In this document: positions 33,800 through 38,909 of the stretch, one piece after another
How the letters are laid out: each line of letters begins with the position of its first letter
How positions within the stretch are numbered: position 1 is the first letter of the stretch
From: an uncultured Methanosarcinales archaeon
GTDB taxonomy: Archaea; Nanobdellota; Nanobdellia; Woesearchaeales; CAZJJJ01
NCBI GenBank assembly: GCA_964616085.1
Contig: CAZTTX010000001.1
Location: 1 to 38,909, forward strand
DNA: 38,909 nucleotides
Direction of reading: 5' to 3'
The notes under the pieces: model-generated
What the model was told of the DNA's origin: nothing
What the model saw: the letters and a program-made list of their open reading frames with translations, nothing else
Database searches by the model: none
Position numbers and translations under genes: made by a program

Positions 33800-35419
33800 T
33801 CAATCCACCTCATGCCCACCTTGCCCATAATCCTGTGGGCCTGCTGCAATGACATCATCTATCCTGAGTATCAGTATCGCAACCTCTGAAGCCGAAGAGA
33901 TTGCCTGGGTTTTCACCCTGAGAGGCTCTATCACAGAGTTCGCTAACGAATCTAAAGTCTTCCCTGAAAATGCATCGATGCCTGCCCATCTCTCACCACG
34001 GTCATGAGCTGCCTTGAGCTCTACCATCGTGTCTATAGGGTCAAGCCCTGCATTTTCTGCCAGTGTGCGTGGGATTATCTCCATCGCCTCTGCGAAAGCC
34101 TTGACAGAGAGCTGTTCTCTCCCTGAAAGACCTTCCGCGAACTTCATGAGATGCCTTGAGAGCTCTATCTCTGGAGAGCCAGCACCTCCTACGACCTTCC
34201 CATATCTTAGCGCTGTCGAGATGTCTCCTACTGCGTCTTCAATAGCTCTTCTGGCCTCCTCTACAACATGCTCTGTGCCACCTCTCACGAGAAGTGTGAC
34301 AGCCTTAGCATCCTTGCAATCCCTCACGAAGACCATCGGGTCGTCCCCTATCTTCATCTCCTCAATCAGCCCTGCTTCTCCCAAAGCAGATGCCCCAAGA
34401 TCATCAAGACTGGTGACTATCTTGCCTCCTGTGGCCTTCGCAAGCCTATACATGTCTGATTTTTCTACACGTCGCACAGCAAAAATGCCTTCTTTGGCCA
34501 GGAAATGCTGCGCCACATCATCTATCCCTTTCTGGCATAGCAGGACATTTGCGCCTGAGCTCTTGACTTTACCCACCATCTTCCTGAGCATGTCCTCTTC
34601 CATATTCAGGAATGCCTGCATCTGTTCAGGCTGGGTTATCTGGATCTTAGCCTCAGTCTCAGTATCCCTTATCTCTAGCGCAGTATCTACAAGCGCAACC
34701 TTAGCATCCCTCACATACGAGGGCATGGAACTGTTCACCCGCTTCTTATCGAGCACTATACCCTTGATAAGCTCAGTATCTTCGATAGAGCCACCAATCC
34801 TGGTCTCGATCTTGATATCCCCTCGATCCGCAGTTAGGCGACCGACCTCATCCTTGTGCGAGATAGATAGGACTGCTTCTACAACAGAAGATGATAGCAC
34901 ATCCTTCGCATTCTCTGCACCTTTCCCAGTCATGGCTGTAGAAGCTATACCTCTCAGCATCTCCTTGTCATCCACACCGCAGCTCTGGGAGATCCTTTCG
35001 AGGATGGCCACGGCCTTCTCTGAAGCCAGACGATAGCCTTTTGTTATTATAGTAGGGTGTATCTTCTGGTCAATAAGCTCTTCCGCCTTCTTGAGCAGCT
35101 CACCCGCCAGGACAACAGCAGTAGTAGTACCATCGCCAACTTCATCCTCTTGTGTCTTGGCGATTTCGACTATCATCTTAGCAGCAGGATGCTCTATATT
35201 CATCTCTTCAAGTATGGTGACGCCATCGTTCGTGACCACGACACCGCCAGAAGAATCGACGAGCATCTTGTCCATGCCCTTAGGGCCAAGCGTAGTCCGC
35301 ACGGTCTCTCCGACGATCTTGGCCGCCATTATGTTGTTGGACTGGGCATTCCTGCCCACATCTCTTCTTGTGTCTTCTGGCATTATGTACATTGGCTGAT
35401 TATTATCTCTCCGTTCCAT
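33800..35419 (-). CDS. ths: thermosome subunit (group II chaperonin)
   Basis: [54 protein letters not shown]. Confidence 0.95.
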   Translation of the reverse strand: MERRDNNQPMYIMPEDTRRDVGRNAQSNNIMAAKIVGETVRTTLGPKGMDKMLVDSSGGVVVTNDGVTILEEMNIEHPAAKMIVEIAKTQEDEVGDGTTTAVVLAGELLKKAEELIDQKIHPTIITKGYRLASEKAVAILERISQSCGVDDKEMLRGIASTAMTGKGAENAKDVLSSSVVEAVLSISHKDEVGRLTADRGDIKIETRIGGSIEDTELIKGIVLDKKRVNSSMPSYVRDAKVALVDTALEIRDTETEAKIQITQPEQMQAFLNMEEDMLRKMVGKVKSSGANVLLCQKGIDDVAQHFLAKEGIFAVRRVEKSDMYRLAKATGGKIVTSLDDLGASALGEAGLIEEMKIGDDPMVFVRDCKDAKAVTLLVRGGTEHVVEEARRAIEDAVGDISTALRYGKVVGGAGSPEIELSRHLMKFAEGLSGREQLSVKAFAEAMEIIPRTLAENAGLDPIDTMVELKAAHDRGERWAGIDAFSGKTLDSLANSVIEPLRVKTQAISSASEVAILILRIDDVIAAGPQDYGQGGHEVD

Positions 35420-35538
35420 CAGAATCAGGAAGGGGGATACGTATCTAGTTTATAAAACTAATTTCGACGGCTCTCACAATATAGGCAAAGTGTCCACCAC
35501 CCAAAAAGCTTTTTAACGAGATAGAAAAACTGGAACCT

Positions 35539-36114
35539 ATGATAATAACGATGAGCGGAGTCCCATGCTCAGGGAAGAGCACCATAGCAAAGATGCTTGC
35601 TGAGAAGATGGGATGGAGACGCGAGTCCATGGGAGACATCTTCAAAGAGATGGCAGGGGATATGCCCCTGAACAAGTTCTACAAGGAATTGGAGAATAAT
35701 CCAGAAAAAGAAAAAGAGTGCGACCTGATGCAGAAGGAATGGGGCGAGAAGTACGATGATTTCATACTCGATGCAAGGATAGCCTTCCATTTCGTACCCA
35801 GGGAGAAGAGCTATAACATATTCTTTGATCTGCCCATAGACGAGGCTGCGAAAAGGGCCTATAATAGAGGCAGAGAAGGGAAAGGAGAGAGTTTCAGTGA
35901 TTTAGAAGAATCCAAAGCATCCATTGAAGAACGGATGGGCATCGAAAGGACACGATACGAAAGCCTCTATGGCATCAATCATCTTGACAAGAAGAACTAT
36001 GATTATATAGTTGATGCAGATCGTCCTGTGGAGGATATCTTCTCAGACCTCAACATCCAGATAGAAAAAGAGCTGGAGAGACGGGGAGAATCATACAAGA
36101 TAAATACAATATAA
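35539..36114 (+). CDS. cmk: archaeal-type cytidylate (CMP) kinase / P-loop NMP kinase
   Basis: MIITMSGVPCSGKSTIAKMLAEKMGW...GDIFKEMA resembles archaeal Cmk N-termini. P-loop GxxxSGKS. TATA ctttttaac at 35509-35517. Confidence 0.65.
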   Translation: MIITMSGVPCSGKSTIAKMLAEKMGWRRESMGDIFKEMAGDMPLNKFYKELENNPEKEKECDLMQKEWGEKYDDFILDARIAFHFVPREKSYNIFFDLPIDEAAKRAYNRGREGKGESFSDLEESKASIEERMGIERTRYESLYGINHLDKKNYDYIVDADRPVEDIFSDLNIQIEKELERRGESYKINTI

Positions 36115-36167
36115 GATGTTGCCCGACAACATGGCGATATCAAGATTTCTGAACTTTATAGTGCCAA

Positions 36168-36187
36168 AGAATGCCCCCACCGGGATT
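36168..36187 (-). repeat. 20-nt duplicate of the tRNA-Arg 3' end plus flank (att-like scar)
   Basis: Plus-strand agaatgcccccaccgggatt occurs at 36168-36187 and at 36307-36326. The second copy covers the acceptor/T-stem 3' strand of tRNA-Arg. Confidence 0.8.
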
Positions 36188-36310
36188 TCCAAAGCGAAGC
36201 ATGAGCGTGGATCCAATAAAATCAGAGATTTTATGGACAATTAAACGACGTTTAATTTGTCCCATAAGCTTGCTTATGCGGACGTTCGAATACCGGTATC
36301 ATTCGGAGAA

Positions 36311-36384
36311 TGCCCCCACCGGGATTCGAACCCGGGTTATAGGCTCCGCAAGCCCATGTGATATCCAGGCTACACTATGGGAGC
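36311..36384 (-). tRNA. tRNA-Arg (anticodon GCG)
   Basis: Hand-folded on the minus strand. Acceptor GCTCCCA/TGGGGGC, anticodon arm TGGGC-TTGCGGA-GCCTA, T arm CCGGG-TTCGAAT-CCCGG, discriminator A. 74 nt. TATA-like atttaataatt lies ~25 nt upstream. Confidence 0.9.
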
Positions 36385-36518
36385 ATGATGAGAAGGGTCA
36401 ATAAGTAATTATTAAATCTATCCACTTGTCCAGCAAGATGAATGGAAAAAGGCAGGGCCTTTCGACCCCGCCCCAAAGATTTCTGTTCTGCTGAGGGGAC
36501 AGCAAAACCTTTTGAGTA

Positions 36519-37055
36519 TCAACCACGCCTATAGAGCACTTCTTTGGTTCCTGGATACAACCCCATAGATATCATCTGCTCGTACTGCTCAGCAGGCATC
36601 GTCATATATGTGATATTGTAGCTGTATTTCTCTTTCACATCAGCCGTAGCCAACTTAACCTTCTCACCATCTATCGCCTTGCCGATGATTATGAGATTTG
36701 CCTTTGACTCCTTCTCCTTCCCGAGAAGAATGATAGATTCGATTCCAGGATCATCCTTTATCATGTCCACGAAAATCTCAGTGACCTTGACGGATCCTTT
36801 TATGAAATCAGAGAGGAAACTCGTCCTTTCGTTGCTGGAGAGCTGATAGACCTTGAACTTGCTTATCTTGATCTCTGAGATTATGTTGAGCCTCACCAGC
36901 TTCGTGAGTATGCGATGTGTGGTCGCGATGCTTACCTTAGCAAGATCTGACACCTCCTTAAGATAGAATTTCCTATCGCTTTTCTGGAAAAAGACCCTCA
37001 TTATCCTGACTAGCTTATCGTCAAAAAGAGATTCAAGGAAATCGAGATCCGCCAT
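36519..37055 (-). CDS. winged-helix DNA-binding protein with C-terminal nucleotidyltransferase-like (degenerate) domain
   Basis: wHTH block FYLKEVSDLAKVSIATTHRILTKLVRLNII. C-terminal IESIILLGKEKESKANLIIIG resembles a minimal NTase fold without GS/DxD. The ATG at 37055 is preceded by TATA at 37076-37085. An alternative ATG lies at 37094. Confidence 0.55.
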   Translation of the reverse strand: MADLDFLESLFDDKLVRIMRVFFQKSDRKFYLKEVSDLAKVSIATTHRILTKLVRLNIISEIKISKFKVYQLSSNERTSFLSDFIKGSVKVTEIFVDMIKDDPGIESIILLGKEKESKANLIIIGKAIDGEKVKLATADVKEKYSYNITYMTMPAEQYEQMISMGLYPGTKEVLYRRG

Positions 37056-37530
37056 AGGAGGATGAAAAATGAACCGATATAAAAACGTTATCATTTTTGA
37101 AATATGATTTCATAAAAAGAATATATTTTCATAATTGATAATAAAAGCTAAAAAAATGAAAAACGGCAATTTGACAAAAACATAAAGAAAAATAATATTC
37201 TCGAAAAGACGATCATATAGCCTTGTTCGTGATCAGGATAAAGTAAATTAAAAATATGAAATTAAGTATGTGCACCGTCTGAAACACCATAATTATGAAG
37301 TTACAAAGCGTATCTTGAAAAAATGAAAGAAATGCCAAAAGATGTGTCGGCCAAAGTAACGAAACATTTAAATATGACCGAGTATCTTATTTTATAAACT
37401 GATTCGGGTTCAAAATCAGGCGTAGGAGAGTGTTTGTTGGTTACCTTTGTTCTTGACCAGGCGCAAGTCTAGAGGTAGCTACATCATTCAGATTTGATTT
37501 ACAGAAAAGGAAAAAGAGGGGACAGGCAAA

Positions 37531-38595
37531 ATGGATTTTGTTATCGACAAGCAATCTAACCAAGAACAGAACCAAGACATGGATGTAGGCCAGGCCAACA
37601 TCAAAGTCATCGGCACGGGTGGCGCAGGCAACAACATGGTTAATTGGCTCTACAAGAAAGGCATCAAGGGAGCCACTATCATCGCGAGTAACACCGATAT
37701 GCAGCACTTGAATATAACTGAGGCTGACAAGAAGTTTCTGATAGGGAAAGAGGTGACCAGAGGTCTCGGTGCTGGCGGGTATGCTGAGAAAGGTGCCGAG
37801 GCAGCACAAGAGAGCCTCCAACAGATAAAAGAGTCCCTGAGAGGGGCAGACATGATCTTCGTTTGTGGAGGCATGGGAGGAGGTACCGGTACTGGAGCCT
37901 GTCCTGTGATCGCCCAGGTCGGCAAAGAGACCGGAGCGATTGTGATCGGTACCGTAACCATGCCCTTCAAGATAGAAAGGGCACGCGTTGACAAGGCAGA
38001 ATTCGGCCTCAAGCAGCTCAGACAGGCTTGCGATACTGTGATAGTCATCGACAACAACAGGCTAGTGACCATCGCAGGGAACCTGCCAGTACAGCAAGCG
38101 TTCGCTGTAGCAAACGAGCTCATTGCCACTATGATCAAAGGGATTGTAGAGACGATCGCGATTCCGTCGCTAGTGAACCTTGATTTCGCAGATGTCAAGG
38201 CCATAATGACCGAAGGAGGCGTGGCTGCAATCGGCGTAGGAGCTTCTGACACCAATAATAAGGTAGACGAGGCTGTGAAAGGAGCTCTCTCGAATCCGCT
38301 ACTGGATATCAGCTATGAGGGTGCAACCGGCGCTATCATACAGGTCTCTGGCGGCACAGACCTCACGCTTGATGAGATTAACAAGATAGGTGAGCTAGTC
38401 ACTGAGTCCATGGACCAAGATGCTAATGTCATATGGGGAGCAAGAGTTAGCGATGAGATGAAAGGAAAGCTCACTGTGATGACAATCGTGACCGGTGTGA
38501 AATCGCCATGGATACTCGGAAAGGTGGACTACAAGAAGCCTACCAGCGAAGAGGTCCAGATGAGCGACGAGCTCGGCATAGAGATCGTGAGATAA
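37531..38595 (+). CDS. ftsZ: cell division GTPase FtsZ (short paralog)
   Basis: GTGGAGNN, GLGAGG, GGMGGGTGTG, NTDMQHL, VIDNNRL. C-terminal DELGIEIVR. Confidence 0.92.
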   Translation: MDFVIDKQSNQEQNQDMDVGQANIKVIGTGGAGNNMVNWLYKKGIKGATIIASNTDMQHLNITEADKKFLIGKEVTRGLGAGGYAEKGAEAAQESLQQIKESLRGADMIFVCGGMGGGTGTGACPVIAQVGKETGAIVIGTVTMPFKIERARVDKAEFGLKQLRQACDTVIVIDNNRLVTIAGNLPVQQAFAVANELIATMIKGIVETIAIPSLVNLDFADVKAIMTEGGVAAIGVGASDTNNKVDEAVKGALSNPLLDISYEGATGAIIQVSGGTDLTLDEINKIGELVTESMDQDANVIWGARVSDEMKGKLTVMTIVTGVKSPWILGKVDYKKPTSEEVQMSDELGIEIVR

Positions 38596-38698
38596 GCTCA
38601 TGGTCTGGCAAGACGAAGACAATTAAGTTCAAACGAGACTTTCTTGCCTTCATTTTATTACCACCCCCGATGTTATAAATGAAGGCAACTATGTTTGG

Positions 38699-38748
38699 TC
38701 TTCATCACGTGCTTCTTGCACGTGGTGAAGATTTTTTTCTTTATTTTA
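38699..38748 (+). terminator. 14-bp hairpin followed by T7 and a second T-rich run, downstream of ftsZ
   Basis: tcttcatcacgtgc (38699-38712) / gcacgtggtgaaga (38718-38731) with one G-U pair and loop ttctt, then tttttttctttatttt. Confidence 0.6.
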
Positions 38749-38909
38749 AGATGAGAAGACCATTATTGAAATATAGCTCTAGTTCTTTTATTTACCCAAA
38801 ATCAAAATAAAAAGAAAATATCTGAAAATGGGTTATCCCACGGAGCAAGCTCCGGGGTACAAGACAAATCAGAAGGATTTGTCTGTACAGTTGAATGAAA
38901 TTCAACTTG

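Noticed and set aside
34014-35036. 340-aa plus-strand ORF, with similar long antisense ORFs at 37650-38255, 2546-3058, 25955-26389 and 24060-24563
   Set aside because: These are shadow ORFs antisense to strongly recognisable genes (thermosome, FtsZ, M50 protease, uL11, Xer-like). Their S/A/P-rich composition is typical of antisense frames.
288-36384. Whole region between the two tRNA genes as one integrated element
   Set aside because: It contains core housekeeping genes (thermosome, uL11, Spt5, SecE, FtsZ, PPP enzymes). The repeats match each tRNA's own 3' end, not each other.
36171-36404. 77-aa plus-strand ORF
   Set aside because: It runs antisense through tRNA-Arg and the att-like repeat and has no promoter context. 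It is an ORF-finder artefact.
37095-37530. Replication origin
   Set aside because: The region is AT-rich, but there is no adjacent orc1/cdc6 gene and I found no repeated ORB-like boxes flanking a duplex-unwinding element.

Overview
Archaeal chromosomal segment on the standard genetic code, tightly packed, with an acidic proteome. All product names come from motifs I recognised by eye; no similarity search, HMM, folding or statistics were run. Archaeal core genes: thermosome, Spt5/NusG, SecE, ribosomal protein uL11, two FtsZ paralogs, an archaeal-type CMP kinase, an FKBP PPIase, tRNA-Thr(CGU) and tRNA-Arg(GCG). A contiguous thermosome-gnd-pgl-zwf array encodes a complete classical oxidative pentose-phosphate branch. 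As far as I recall this is unusual for Archaea and was highlighted for nanohaloarchaea. Together with the acidic proteins, this suggests a DPANN or nanohaloarchaeon-like halophile, which is inference only. The most unusual content is a ~19 kb island (5740-24883) of nine secreted proteins. They are very rich in N-glycosylation sequons and most are membrane-anchored. The island is built from duplicated modules: a ~690 aa family present three times, a ~245 aa family present twice, a 1621 aa multi-repeat adhesin-like giant and a 907 aa protein. Several members share a C-terminal IVG-x-DP-x-RL-x-G motif followed by a TM helix and a basic tail. The island is headed by a tandem, apparently catalytically dead tyrosine-recombinase-like protein that overlaps the first secreted gene in an ATGA junction. 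Upstream of it lie twin TTTCGC-N13-GCGAAA palindromes, and its three transcription units share a 12-nt BRE/TATA core. Other points of interest: a ~206 nt multi-hairpin element (2124-2329), short duplications of the 3' ends of both tRNAs (att-like scars), a zinc-ribbon micro-ORF abutting tRNA-Thr, a uL11 with a ~75 aa C-terminal extension, and a Memo-like protein with its conserved His residues replaced. I found no rRNA, CRISPR array, transposase or intact integrase.
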